From: Candidatus Hodarchaeota archaeon
GTDB lineage: Archaea; Asgardarchaeota; Heimdallarchaeia; Hodarchaeales; Hodarchaeaceae
Direction of reading: 5' to 3'
Length of the DNA stretch: 64,000 nt
NCBI GenBank assembly: GCA_016840035.1
Contig: JAEOTC010000077.1
Location: 20,053 to 84,052, forward strand
The notes under the pieces are model-generated. The model was not told the origin of the DNA and made no database searches. It was given only the letters and a program-made list of their open reading frames with translations. The translations under genes and the position numbers were made by a program. Below, in pieces: positions 17,903 through 27,652 of this stretch (position 1 is its first letter; each line of letters starts with the position of its first letter).

Positions 17903-18544
17903 ATGAAATGGTGGATTCAAGTGTCAGATCATGAAAGAAAAGTTGAATTATGTAAGACTATGAAAGAGCTGTATAAAGAAAAAATCCTAACAGATATTGG
18001 GGGAAATCTAAGTTTTCGTTCTCTTGAAGAACCAGAGAAGTTCTTTTGGATTACTCCCTCTGGTAAGAAAAAAGATCTCGTCGAACCAGAAGATTTAATT
18101 AAGATGACACTTGAGGGAGAAGAGTTAAACAATGATAACGATCTTTCTCCAAGCGTAGAATGGCCCATTCATCTCCGCATTTATCAAGAAGATGAGGATT
18201 TTCAATTTATTGTTCACTCTCATGCTCCTCTCGCAACAGCTTATTCAATCCTAGCTAACCCTCCCAAAATCCCACCTCTTACCGCTGAATTAGGATTCTT
18301 AGTTCCAGAGATTGTCATGGTACCTTATAAGCAAAGTGGATCTGAAGAACTGGGAGAAGCCGTTGCTGAATTATTATGGGATAGTCAAACCCTTATTTTA
18401 GAAAATCACGGTGTTGTAGCTGTTAGCGAAGAATCTTTTCAGAATGCTGCAATAAAAACACGAGCATTAGAAGAATATTTTCAAATTTATCTTAACACTA
18501 AAAAGTTTGGAGGGCAAATTCGTCCTTTTCCAGGATTTGATTAG
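17903..18544 (+). CDS. class II aldolase/adducin-family protein (fuculose/ribulose-phosphate aldolase/epimerase-like)
   Basis: GGNLSFR, VHSHAP (metal His) and ENHGVVAV motifs. Confidence 0.8.
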   Translation: MKWWIQVSDHERKVELCKTMKELYKEKILTDIGGNLSFRSLEEPEKFFWITPSGKKKDLVEPEDLIKMTLEGEELNNDNDLSPSVEWPIHLRIYQEDEDFQFIVHSHAPLATAYSILANPPKIPPLTAELGFLVPEIVMVPYKQSGSEELGEAVAELLWDSQTLILENHGVVAVSEESFQNAAIKTRALEEYFQIYLNTKKFGGQIRPFPGFD

Positions 18545-18558
18545 GTTGTGGGGAAATC

Positions 18559-20070
18559 ATGCCAGATTATTACCTTTCACTTGATGCAGGAACAAGTGGA
18601 GGAAAAGCTGTTGTTCTTGATGATCGAGGTTATGTAATTGGCTATTCTAAGACTGCGTGGAATCATCTTTACTTCATACCCGAGGATCTAGACCCATATG
18701 GGAGTGAATTCAAACCCGAACAGTTTTGGGATATTCTTCTACAAACTGCAAATGAAGCAATACTTAATTCGAAAATTTCCTCTAGAGACATAACAGCTAT
18801 CACGGCTACTTCTCAGAGACACGGTTGTGTTTTTTTTGATGATAAAGGTATACCTCTGTATGCTGGACCTAACCGAGATGCTCGTGGACTTGAAGTCGAT
18901 ACTGAGGAGATAATGCCTAATGAGGAATTATATGAAATAACTGGCCATGGTCTTCCTTTCCTATTCGCCTTAACAAGGCTATTATGGTTTAAAGAAAATG
19001 AAGAAGATGTATATGACAAAATCAAACATCTTCTGTCCATTGATGGTTGGGTAAATTTTAGATTAACAGGCAATTATACTATTGACGATACTGCTGCAGC
19101 TGAAACACTACTTTTTGATATCAAACACCGAAAATGGTCTGATAAGATACTCTCTGAATTTGAGATTCCTCATGAAATACTCCCAGAAAAGTATGAGTAT
19201 GGAAAAGTCATTGGTACCATTACTCCAGCAATTGCTTCACTTCTCGATCTAAATTCCAATACTCCAGTTGTTATGAATGCCGCTGATACTCAAGCATCAA
19301 TTCTCGGATGTGGAGGAATAAAGGAAAACACACTTGGGATTGTTGCGGGTTCCACAATGCCTTTACAAATGATAATTGATAAACCGATTATTGACTCCGA
19401 ACAGAAGATTTGGACAGGAGCATTTCCAAATAATCTTTGGGTTCTTGAATCGAATGCTGGATCAGTTGGAGACATCCACAAATGGTTTATTGACTCAATT
19501 CTTACTCCACTCGGGGTGGAGAATCCTTACGACAAATTTGAATCTTTAGTACTTACAAAACCACCTGGTAGTGGTGGAGTAATTGCAAACCTAGGTCCAC
19601 AGGTGTTTTCATCTCAAGCAATGCTTTCAGTTCCTATTTACGGTGGATTCTCCTTTACGCCTATTGCTTATTCATTTGATACTCCAGTAAATATTGCTGG
19701 ATTCTCTCGATCTGTTGTAGAGAATATTGCTTTCGCAGCACGTGCGAATTACGACCAAATTCTAGCAATAAGTGGAAAACAGGCAACAGAAACTCTTTTG
19801 ATGGGAGGAGTTGCCCGATCAAAAGTTCTTTGTCAAATCCTTGCTAATGTTCTAAACTGTGAGATTAAAACATTTTTACCAGAAGGAGCTTCTGTATCAG
19901 GTGCATTCGCAGCAATGATTGGTACAGAAAAATACAGCAATTTAGAAGAAGTAGTTCAGATCATTTCTGATTTTTCCATTTATTATCCTCAACAAGACCA
20001 ATTCGATGAATATGAAGCATTATATCCTGAATGGAAGGCCCAATATCAGAAATCTTTTGAGGAAGATTAA
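18559..20070 (+). CDS. FGGY-family carbohydrate kinase
   Basis: N-terminal YYLSLDAGTSGGKAVVLD plus the family length (503 aa). It starts 15 nt after the aldolase gene. Confidence 0.85.
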   Translation: MPDYYLSLDAGTSGGKAVVLDDRGYVIGYSKTAWNHLYFIPEDLDPYGSEFKPEQFWDILLQTANEAILNSKISSRDITAITATSQRHGCVFFDDKGIPLYAGPNRDARGLEVDTEEIMPNEELYEITGHGLPFLFALTRLLWFKENEEDVYDKIKHLLSIDGWVNFRLTGNYTIDDTAAAETLLFDIKHRKWSDKILSEFEIPHEILPEKYEYGKVIGTITPAIASLLDLNSNTPVVMNAADTQASILGCGGIKENTLGIVAGSTMPLQMIIDKPIIDSEQKIWTGAFPNNLWVLESNAGSVGDIHKWFIDSILTPLGVENPYDKFESLVLTKPPGSGGVIANLGPQVFSSQAMLSVPIYGGFSFTPIAYSFDTPVNIAGFSRSVVENIAFAARANYDQILAISGKQATETLLMGGVARSKVLCQILANVLNCEIKTFLPEGASVSGAFAAMIGTEKYSNLEEVVQIISDFSIYYPQQDQFDEYEALYPEWKAQYQKSFEED

Positions 20071-20104
20071 ATTTATACCTGATTGTTCATCTTGGTGGCA
20101 ATGA

Positions 20105-21118
20105 ATGAAAATTCTGATTACTACTCCCTTTACTGAATCGGGATTACACGCTCTAAACGAATCTAGAGATTTAGAAGTAATTTATGAAAATTGGCGGGAA
20201 ACTGGGGTTCTGTATTTTGATGAGGATGAACTGATTGAGAAGCTTAATTCAGGTAAGATTGACATTTTTATTACTGAAGCTGATGAAGTAGATGCAAAAG
20301 TAGTCGAGAAAACAGATCTGAAGCTGATAGGTTGCACCCGTGGGACTCCAGTTAATGTTGATCATGAATCAGCCTTAAAAAAAGGTATTCCCGTTATTTA
20401 CACCCCGTTTCGGAATGCTGATGCGGTTGCTGATTTAACTGTTGCCATGATGCTTTCACAGGCGCGAAAAATAGTTGAATTAGACCGATTTCTTCGTACT
20501 GGAGATTTTGATGTTTCGGATTTAGATGAAGACGGTTTTACTAAATTTTTGGCAAAATATATGGGGGTGGAGCTTGGTGGACTTACAATTGGTATAATTG
20601 GATTTGGTCAAATTGGTCAACGAGTTGGAAAACGTTTATTCCATGGTTTTGGATCAAAAATCATCTATTATGACCCGTTTATACCTGAAGATCATGCTGT
20701 TGTGGCAGAAATTAAAGCTACTAAGGTAGAATTAGAAATTCTTATGAAAACATCTGATATGATAACAATTCACACTCCTCCTATCGAAGAAGCTGAAGAA
20801 TTAATCAGTGATACAATGTTTCGCTTAATGAAACCCACTGCACAATTTTTCAATCTTTCTCGCTCCTTCTGCATCGATGAAGACGCATTATTTGATGCTT
20901 TGGAGAACAATCGCATCGCTGGGGCAGGATTAGATGTATTCGATGATGAACCAGTGGATTCGGATAACCGTTTTTTAAAATTTGATAATGTTACGGTAAT
21001 GCCCCACTTTGGAGGCAATACTCGAGACGTTATCACCCATCAAACAAATATGATTGTTGAAGATATTCTCAATTTTCTGAACGGTCGTCCATTGAAATAC
21101 ATGTGGAGTGGAGATTAA
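20105..21118 (+). CDS. D-isomer-specific 2-hydroxyacid dehydrogenase
   Basis: NAD fold GIIGFGQIGQRVG. Catalytic contexts NLSRS, DVFDDEP and MPHFGG. Confidence 0.85.
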   Translation: MKILITTPFTESGLHALNESRDLEVIYENWRETGVLYFDEDELIEKLNSGKIDIFITEADEVDAKVVEKTDLKLIGCTRGTPVNVDHESALKKGIPVIYTPFRNADAVADLTVAMMLSQARKIVELDRFLRTGDFDVSDLDEDGFTKFLAKYMGVELGGLTIGIIGFGQIGQRVGKRLFHGFGSKIIYYDPFIPEDHAVVAEIKATKVELEILMKTSDMITIHTPPIEEAEELISDTMFRLMKPTAQFFNLSRSFCIDEDALFDALENNRIAGAGLDVFDDEPVDSDNRFLKFDNVTVMPHFGGNTRDVITHQTNMIVEDILNFLNGRPLKYMWSGD

Positions 21119-21121
21119 CTC

Positions 21122-22156
21122 TCAATATTCCCTATCTAACTGAACCACATTCAAGTATTCTCTACTACCAAGGTGATGTCTTTTGATATTTTCAATCACT
21201 TCATTCCACCGTTTCAAGTCGGAAAAAGGAGAAGCTGCTCTGTGGGGGGATAATATAACATTGTCCAAAGCATTAAATGGAAAATGAAAAGGATATTTTC
21301 CTCCATTCTCATCTTCAAGAGGTGAATATTCGTACCAGACATCGATTGCTGCGCCCATAATTTTTTTCTGTTGTAAAGCTTCGAACAAACTCTTCTCATC
21401 GACAACAGATCCTCTACTAACATTGACTATGATTCCTTCAGATCCTAAATGATCTAATTCTTTTTCTCCTATTAAACCAATAGTGTCTGACGTTTCTGGA
21501 ACTGCAATGATTAGTACATCAATGGATTCTAGAAAACCAAGTAATTGGTTTCCACTAAACAATTTATTACCCTTTGTACTTGAAGAAGGGGATTTTCCAG
21601 TTCTGGTTAAAATCGAGAACTCGACATCAAAACCTGCAAGAAATTTGTGAACTTTAGTATTAATTGCACCATACCCCAGAAGTCCAATTCTTTTATCCCT
21701 CAAGGGGATAGAAATTGCATCCTTATCTCCTGTTCTCCATTTACCATTTTTCATCCACGTATGATGAGGGATGACTTTATTCAGGAGTGTAAGTAACATT
21801 GCTACAGCATGTTGAGCAGTAAAATAAGAATTTCCATGACCATTAATTAAAATCACATTTCGGGTCTGGTTAAGCTTTCTAAAAAAGTCAATATGATGTT
21901 TTATCCCAGTTCCAGGATTTATAAATAGTTTCATCCTTTTAGCAGTTAATTTAACTTCATCCTTTACTCTCCATCCAATAATAATATCAGCTGAGGGAGC
22001 TAGATCTAGTAAAACCTCATCAGTTAAAGGATTAGGGAATAAAAGATTTATTCCAGAAAATTTAGCCAAGTTATCCTCAATATAGGTTTTTAATCGTGTA
22101 TTTACATCCCATGTGAATAAAACATTGGTGATATTATTGGAACTCAAATCTTTCAC
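21122..22156 (-). CDS. D-isomer-specific 2-hydroxyacid dehydrogenase family protein
   Basis: IGLLGYGAINTKV, NVSRGSVVDE, AIDVW and SPHRAA. Convergent with the previous gene. Confidence 0.8.
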   Translation of the reverse strand: MKDLSSNNITNVLFTWDVNTRLKTYIEDNLAKFSGINLLFPNPLTDEVLLDLAPSADIIIGWRVKDEVKLTAKRMKLFINPGTGIKHHIDFFRKLNQTRNVILINGHGNSYFTAQHAVAMLLTLLNKVIPHHTWMKNGKWRTGDKDAISIPLRDKRIGLLGYGAINTKVHKFLAGFDVEFSILTRTGKSPSSSTKGNKLFSGNQLLGFLESIDVLIIAVPETSDTIGLIGEKELDHLGSEGIIVNVSRGSVVDEKSLFEALQQKKIMGAAIDVWYEYSPLEDENGGKYPFHFPFNALDNVILSPHRAASPFSDLKRWNEVIENIKRHHLGSREYLNVVQLDREY

Positions 22157-22297
22157 TCGCTTTAGATTTTCTAAGTTGTTTAATCCGAATATTTCTGGAT
22201 AATATTCAGTTTTTTCCTCTTCAAATAAGTTAAGGGAAAGGATTTTTAGGACTAAAAATCTCTAAGTGAACCAAGTTTTCCCAAAAAAAAACCATAA

Positions 22298-23563
22298 ATG
22301 GAGAGTAATCTAATGCTTGATGTTCTACTTACAGAAGAAGAGAGAGAAATAAAATATAAGGTTAGAAAAGCTATCAAAGCTATTCCCCCCTCAATGTTAC
22401 GAAAGATGGATAGAGAGGAAATTCAATACCCTACAGAATTCATTGAAAATATGGCTAAACAAAGTTTATTGGGAATTCGCTTTCCTGCCGACTTAGGGGG
22501 ATCAAATCTGAATTGGGTAGCGGAATCAGCTGTTATCGAAGAGGTAGGTGCGCTAGGTCCTGCATTGGGGTGTTTATATTCTCTTCCAAGTATTGTGGGA
22601 GAAGCAATACATCATTTTGGGACATCTGAGCAAAAGGAGAAATACTTGAAACCCATCTTAAGAGGGAAGCTTTATTGTGCAGAAGCTTTAACTGAGCCAA
22701 GAGGGGGATCTGATTTTTTTGGTGCAACATGTATGGCTGAAAAACAAGGGGATATGTTCTTACTAAATGGACAAAAACGTTTTGTGGTAGGTGCAGAAGG
22801 AGCAGATATTTTTCTAGTTTATGCAAAAACAAACCCGAAAGCTTCTGATCCTAGAAAGTCTATAAGCACTTTTATCATGGAAAAGGGTCTAGGTGTTGAA
22901 ACAAAGCATGTATATGGATTGATGGGATCAAGAGGAGGAGGTACTGGTCGTCTTTTATTTAAGGACGTTGAAGTTCCTGAAGAGAATCTTATAGGTGATT
23001 TAAATCAGGGAGGCGAAATATTCAACCAAATGATGATACCAGAACGTATGACTTCTGCTGCAGGTGCTATTGGTGCGGCACGTGCGGGTCTTCAAGTTGC
23101 TGGTAAGTATAGTACGCGCCGTAAAGCATTTGGAAGGCCTATCAGAAAATTCCAAGCCGTCTCATTCAAAATCTCTGAAAGTCTAACCTTACTTGATGCA
23201 GCTAGTGGTTTACTCTTTTCAGCAAGTTGTACAATTGACAAGAATAATGGATTAACAAATGGGTTAGTGAGGCGATTAGTATCGGAAAGCAAAAAATTCG
23301 CCACAGACTCGGCTTGGGAGGTAATCAATCATGCAATGCAAATTTTAGGTGGAATTGGATATACCAACGTGTATCCAATAGAGCGACTTCTTAGAGATAT
23401 TCGATTATTGAGCATCTGGACAGGTACAAATGAAATTATGAGTCTATTAATACAACATGAGTATTTCAACGAACTAAATTCAATTGATCCGTCATTTGAG
23501 CCTAGAGATGTGGAAAAGGATGCAATAGGGGCCGAATATTCGGACGAAAAAGTATACGAATAG
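22298..23563 (+). CDS. acyl-CoA dehydrogenase
   Basis: ALTEPRGGSDF, and a C-terminal IWTGTNEIM context with the catalytic Glu. Size 421 aa. Confidence 0.9.
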   Translation: MESNLMLDVLLTEEEREIKYKVRKAIKAIPPSMLRKMDREEIQYPTEFIENMAKQSLLGIRFPADLGGSNLNWVAESAVIEEVGALGPALGCLYSLPSIVGEAIHHFGTSEQKEKYLKPILRGKLYCAEALTEPRGGSDFFGATCMAEKQGDMFLLNGQKRFVVGAEGADIFLVYAKTNPKASDPRKSISTFIMEKGLGVETKHVYGLMGSRGGGTGRLLFKDVEVPEENLIGDLNQGGEIFNQMMIPERMTSAAGAIGAARAGLQVAGKYSTRRKAFGRPIRKFQAVSFKISESLTLLDAASGLLFSASCTIDKNNGLTNGLVRRLVSESKKFATDSAWEVINHAMQILGGIGYTNVYPIERLLRDIRLLSIWTGTNEIMSLLIQHEYFNELNSIDPSFEPRDVEKDAIGAEYSDEKVYE

Positions 23564-23623
23564 AAAGATATAATTCTGTAGTAATTCTTAACAAGTCTAA
23601 AACAATAGAAATTTGAATGAAGA

Positions 23624-23947
23624 ATGAACACCAATTCAGATAGAAATTCATCCATGGAACAAAAGACCCTCTACGAAAGTATTTTCGGAGGTGAAGGGTA
23701 CTCACTTGGTGGTCCTATTTTTTATCTTGCTACAGGTCTTTTATGCCTAATAATTACTTTTCTAATAGTTTTAACAGGAATTTACGTACCTGATGTTGTT
23801 ACTGATGTTCAATCTATTCGACCGGATATTAAATTTCCATTTTATGGACTTAGTCTACTATTAGCGGGAGTAGGAGCCTTAGTTGGAATTTTTTTAGGGA
23901 TAACAGGTATTTTATGGAGAAATTGGAAACAACAATTGGTAGAATAG
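23624..23947 (+). CDS. small two-TM membrane protein, hypothetical
   Basis: 107-aa ORF with two clear hydrophobic helices, filling the ACAD-FdrA gap. Confidence 0.4.
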   Translation: MNTNSDRNSSMEQKTLYESIFGGEGYSLGGPIFYLATGLLCLIITFLIVLTGIYVPDVVTDVQSIRPDIKFPFYGLSLLLAGVGALVGIFLGITGILWRNWKQQLVE

Positions 23948-24042
23948 TGGGTACAATTTACTTCCATTACACAAAAAATTCTTTATGACAAAGAAGAGTC
24001 TCCTCATATTATGTTTTTTATGCTTGAAAATGAGAGTTATTT

Positions 24043-25623
24043 ATGTCAGTAGTGAAAACCCACCTCATACATCAAGAATATCGTGATTCTGTTCAATTAA
24101 TGAGAGCAGCAGCAAGTGTTACTAAGGAAGTTGAGGGAATCCAAATAGCATCTGTATTAATGGGAACTCCTAAGAATAAACCTTTGTTAGATGAGGTGGG
24201 TTTACTTACTCCAGAAGCAAGTTCCGCTGATGCCAATGATATTGTTATTTCGATACGTGCCGACACCTTGGCGATTGCAGATGAGGCAATAGATTTCATT
24301 ATTAACTTCTTGTCTCAAACTGTTCAAGCTTCCCATGATAGTACACTCCTATATCGGTCTATCCGTGGAGCACTCGAAGGCCTACCCGATGCAAATTTAG
24401 CTGTAATATCTGTTCCTGGGGAGTATGCAGCAAGAGATTCGCATATTGCACTAATGACTGGATTAAATGTTCTTCTTTTTTCTGACAATGTTTCTTTAAG
24501 TGACGAAATTCGTTTAAAGAAAGAAGCACATGAAAAAGGGTTACTATTAATGGGCCCAGATTGTGGTACAGCAATGATAAAAAATATAGGTCTAGGATTC
24601 TGTAATATAGTGAATCCAGGTCCAATAGGAATCATTGCTGCCTCTGGTACTGGAACTCAAGAGGTAATGACATTATGTCATCATCTTAATCTTGGTGTCA
24701 CTCATGCTATTGGTACAGGATCTCGCGATGTAAAGGATTCGGTGGGAGGAATTACCATGATCGATGGATTACATGCTTTGGAACGTGATTCGTCTATAGA
24801 ACTTATTATCTTAGTTTCTAAGCCACCTGAAGCAAAAACTATGGATAAAATCGTTAAAGAGATAAAAAATAGCTCAAAACCAGTAATTATTATCTTTCTC
24901 GGGAAGGAACATGGATATTGCGATATTGAGGATAAATCATTAACCGTTAATACGTTGGAAGAAGCTGCTTATGCAGCAGCTAACTTTTTTACATCCAAGA
25001 AGTTAGAGCGGTCAATAATTCGCTTCGAGGATGAGGCCAGCATCAAAGAGATCTTATATGACTCGAATCAACAGATCAAACCTAGTCAAAAATATATCCG
25101 TGGATTGTTTGCTGGAGGTACTTTTACTTTTGAATCAGCCCAAATTATCAGAGACCTACTTTTGGAGAATGAAGTGCTGAATACCAACGTACATCTTGAA
25201 GGTACAGTTATTATTGAGGACGAAAATACAAGTAAAGGCCACACACTTATAGATATGGGAGCTGATGAATTTACACAGGGTAAACCACATCCAATGATAG
25301 ATCAAACTGAAAGAACACAAAGATTTTTACGTGAAATTAAAGATCCTGAAACTGCAGTCATTTTACTTGATTTTGTATTAGGATACGGATCTCATCCTGA
25401 TCCAATTTCTGATATGGAGGATGCTTTCATGCAATGGAAGAAAATTGATCAAAAAATCCCAATTATTGCTCATGTGTGTGGAACACAATTAGATCCACAA
25501 GATTACAATAAATCAATTGAAAGATTAACCGATCATGGGGTTATAGTAATGCCTACTAATGCACAAGCGGCAAGACTTGCAGCTCTAATCGCTCTTAGAG
25601 AGGAGTTAAATTACATTCATTGA
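24043..25623 (+). CDS. fdrA: FdrA-family protein (succinyl-CoA-synthetase-alpha-like acyl-CoA synthetase)
   Basis: Collinear with E. coli FdrA blocks recalled from memory: DSVQLM, VLMGTPKNK, PDANLAVISVPGEYAA, LLFSDNVSL, GLLLMGPDCGT, ASGTG.QE, SKPP, GKPHPMID. It lacks the last 50 or so residues of the E. coli protein. Confidence 0.85.
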   Translation: MSVVKTHLIHQEYRDSVQLMRAAASVTKEVEGIQIASVLMGTPKNKPLLDEVGLLTPEASSADANDIVISIRADTLAIADEAIDFIINFLSQTVQASHDSTLLYRSIRGALEGLPDANLAVISVPGEYAARDSHIALMTGLNVLLFSDNVSLSDEIRLKKEAHEKGLLLMGPDCGTAMIKNIGLGFCNIVNPGPIGIIAASGTGTQEVMTLCHHLNLGVTHAIGTGSRDVKDSVGGITMIDGLHALERDSSIELIILVSKPPEAKTMDKIVKEIKNSSKPVIIIFLGKEHGYCDIEDKSLTVNTLEEAAYAAANFFTSKKLERSIIRFEDEASIKEILYDSNQQIKPSQKYIRGLFAGGTFTFESAQIIRDLLLENEVLNTNVHLEGTVIIEDENTSKGHTLIDMGADEFTQGKPHPMIDQTERTQRFLREIKDPETAVILLDFVLGYGSHPDPISDMEDAFMQWKKIDQKIPIIAHVCGTQLDPQDYNKSIERLTDHGVIVMPTNAQAARLAALIALREELNYIH

Positions 25624-25635
25624 GGAAGGATCAAT

Positions 25636-25809
25636 ATGGATACACAGATTGACAAACTACTAAGTAACGGCCCTAAAGTAGTAAATATTGGATTACATTC
25701 ATTTTTTGAAGCAGCAAAAGCTCAAGGGATTCCAACAGTCCATATCAAATGGGAGCCACCCGCTCAAGGAAATCAGGAGTTATTACATTTATTAAATGAA
25801 CTACTCTAA
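25636..25809 (+). CDS. 57-aa ORF corresponding to the C-terminal tail of fused FdrA proteins
   Basis: Not in the supplied track because it is under 60 aa. MDTQ..PKVVNIGLHSFFEAAKAQGIPTVHIKWEPPAQGNQELLHLLNELL parallels the E. coli FdrA C-terminus (VAVINIGLRSF...VVHYQWSPVAGGNKKLARLLERL). It is in the same frame as fdrA, separated by one TGA. It has its own gaggaagga RBS-like element and ATG. Confidence 0.6.
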   Translation: MDTQIDKLLSNGPKVVNIGLHSFFEAAKAQGIPTVHIKWEPPAQGNQELLHLLNELL

Positions 25810-25823
25810 GCCAGAAAAAGATA

Positions 25824-27086
25824 GTGGTTAACATGACTATTAAAAATATGATTGAAAAAGCTAATAAAAAAGCCTTACAACGAATGGCGGATGTACAACC
25901 CATTCTGGTTGACATTGATCTAGCTATAAACGTAGTCCCTGGAATGGAAAAAAGGACGATTTTTCATGCAGGACCCCCAATAGAATGGGAAAGGATGTCC
26001 GGTCCAACTAAAGGGGCTATTGCTGGGATTCTTGTTTATGAAGGCTTAGCTAACACTATTGAGGAGGGGTACACTTTGGCTGCTTCCGGAGAGATCAATT
26101 TCGATTCCAACCATGATCATGACACTGTTGGTCCTATGACTGGTATAACTGCACCACATCAGCCAGTTTTTATTCTAGAAGATCCTAAAACTAAAAGTAA
26201 TGCCTATTGTACTCTTAACGAAGGTAGAGGTAAAGTTCTTCGATTTGGAGGGTGGAGTGATGACGTTTTAGCCCGTTTAAACTGGATGAGAGATACTTTA
26301 GCTCCTACACTAAGAAAAGCTATCATCCATTCTAAAGGAATCAATGTTAAAGCTATTATCTCTGAATCTCTTCATCAAGGGGATGAAGCTCACAACAGGA
26401 ATCGTTCTGGTACCTATTTATTCTTGGGTGAAATCACACCTCATCTTTTAGATACCGCCGACTCATCTCAAGTCAAGGAAGTTTTTCAGTTTATTAAAGA
26501 AAATGCTGATATTTTTAATTTGAATTTATCAATGCCTCATTCAAAATTAATTGCTGACGCTGCGCGTGATATTGATTATTGTCCTTTAATGGTTGCAATG
26601 GCTCGAAATGGAACTGATATTGGAATTCAAGTCTCAGGATTGGGTCGTAAATGGTTCACTTCTCCTGCCACGATGGTTGAAGGGCTTTATTTTCCAGGAT
26701 ATACTGCAGATGATGCGTGCCCAGATCTCGGTGATTCTACTATTTCTGAAGTCATTGGAATTGGAGGATTTGCAATGGCTGCTTCCCCCGCAATAGTTTC
26801 TTTTGTTGGTGGGGCAGCAAGTGAGGCTGTATCCAGAACCGAGAGAATGTACGAAATAACGGAAGGAAAAAATAAATCCTTCACTATACCGATTTTGGAC
26901 TTCAAAGGAACACCTACTGGTGTAGATATACGTAGAGTGGTTGAACTCAACGAAACACCTCTCATTAATACTGGAATAGCTCACAAAGAAGCTGGAATTG
27001 GTCAAATTGGTGCTGGTTTAACTGCAGCACCCATAGAAATGTTTAATGATGCTTTACGTGCTTTTGGTGTCAAATATCTTAAATAA
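25824..27086 (+). CDS. ylbE: DUF1116 / YlbE-family protein
   Basis: LHAGPP-like FHAGPPIEW, NFDSNHDHDTVGPMTG, NEGRGKVLRFG, and the near-identical C-terminal block PLINTGIAHKEAGIGQIGAG as in E. coli YlbE. The start is the GTG at 25824 or the ATG at 25833. Confidence 0.85.
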   Translation: MVNMTIKNMIEKANKKALQRMADVQPILVDIDLAINVVPGMEKRTIFHAGPPIEWERMSGPTKGAIAGILVYEGLANTIEEGYTLAASGEINFDSNHDHDTVGPMTGITAPHQPVFILEDPKTKSNAYCTLNEGRGKVLRFGGWSDDVLARLNWMRDTLAPTLRKAIIHSKGINVKAIISESLHQGDEAHNRNRSGTYLFLGEITPHLLDTADSSQVKEVFQFIKENADIFNLNLSMPHSKLIADAARDIDYCPLMVAMARNGTDIGIQVSGLGRKWFTSPATMVEGLYFPGYTADDACPDLGDSTISEVIGIGGFAMAASPAIVSFVGGAASEAVSRTERMYEITEGKNKSFTIPILDFKGTPTGVDIRRVVELNETPLINTGIAHKEAGIGQIGAGLTAAPIEMFNDALRAFGVKYLK

Positions 27087-27108
27087 ATATCAAATAATTT
27101 GGTGAAAA

Positions 27109-27651
27109 GTGCTGTCAACGAATAAATCGCATGATCTTAGTCACTCTCATGAAGCCCTTGCTCTTAGAAGTGAGCTCCTCGAATTATTAAACCTTTCTGG
27201 CAGTAGAATTGAATATTTAAGCGCTGCAGTTACTCCTCTTGTGTCAGTAGCAATGTCTGCATCAGTTCTGACTTTCCTATCCCTTCAATTCTTTTTCAAC
27301 GGACAATTACTCTCTACCCGAATAATTGCAGGATTAAATATACTAATACTTCTTTGTTTAGTTTTTATTTCCCTCATTACTCAAATTATGATCCATCGTG
27401 CACGTCTACGGTTAGCACGAATAAATCACGATCTAAAAATCGAGAAAATCCTCGATAAGGATCATATTTCTAAAGAAGAACATCAAATATTAATTCGATT
27501 AAGTCATCTGGCAAGAAAAAGTCGTGGTACAATCGATCAAGTTCAATGGCTTTACACCCATGGATTATTCCTAATTCTTTATGTACTGATTTCAATTACA
27601 GTGACGGGACTATTTCTGATTACATTGAGCGAAATTCCGCAATGGATCTAA
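27109..27651 (+). CDS. hypothetical membrane protein
   Basis: 180-aa ORF with a GTG start and 3-4 hydrophobic helices. No motif was recognised. Confidence 0.4.
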   Translation: MLSTNKSHDLSHSHEALALRSELLELLNLSGSRIEYLSAAVTPLVSVAMSASVLTFLSLQFFFNGQLLSTRIIAGLNILILLCLVFISLITQIMIHRARLRLARINHDLKIEKILDKDHISKEEHQILIRLSHLARKSRGTIDQVQWLYTHGLFLILYVLISITVTGLFLITLSEIPQWI

Positions 27652-27652
27652 T

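Noticed and set aside
25621-25623. Selenocysteine or other recoding of the in-frame TGA between fdrA and its tail ORF
   Set aside because: E. coli FdrA has no Cys or Sec requirement I know of at this junction. The downstream ORF has its own RBS-like element and ATG. TGA clearly acts as a stop for other genes here (for example at 5286-5288). Readthrough remains possible but is unsupported.
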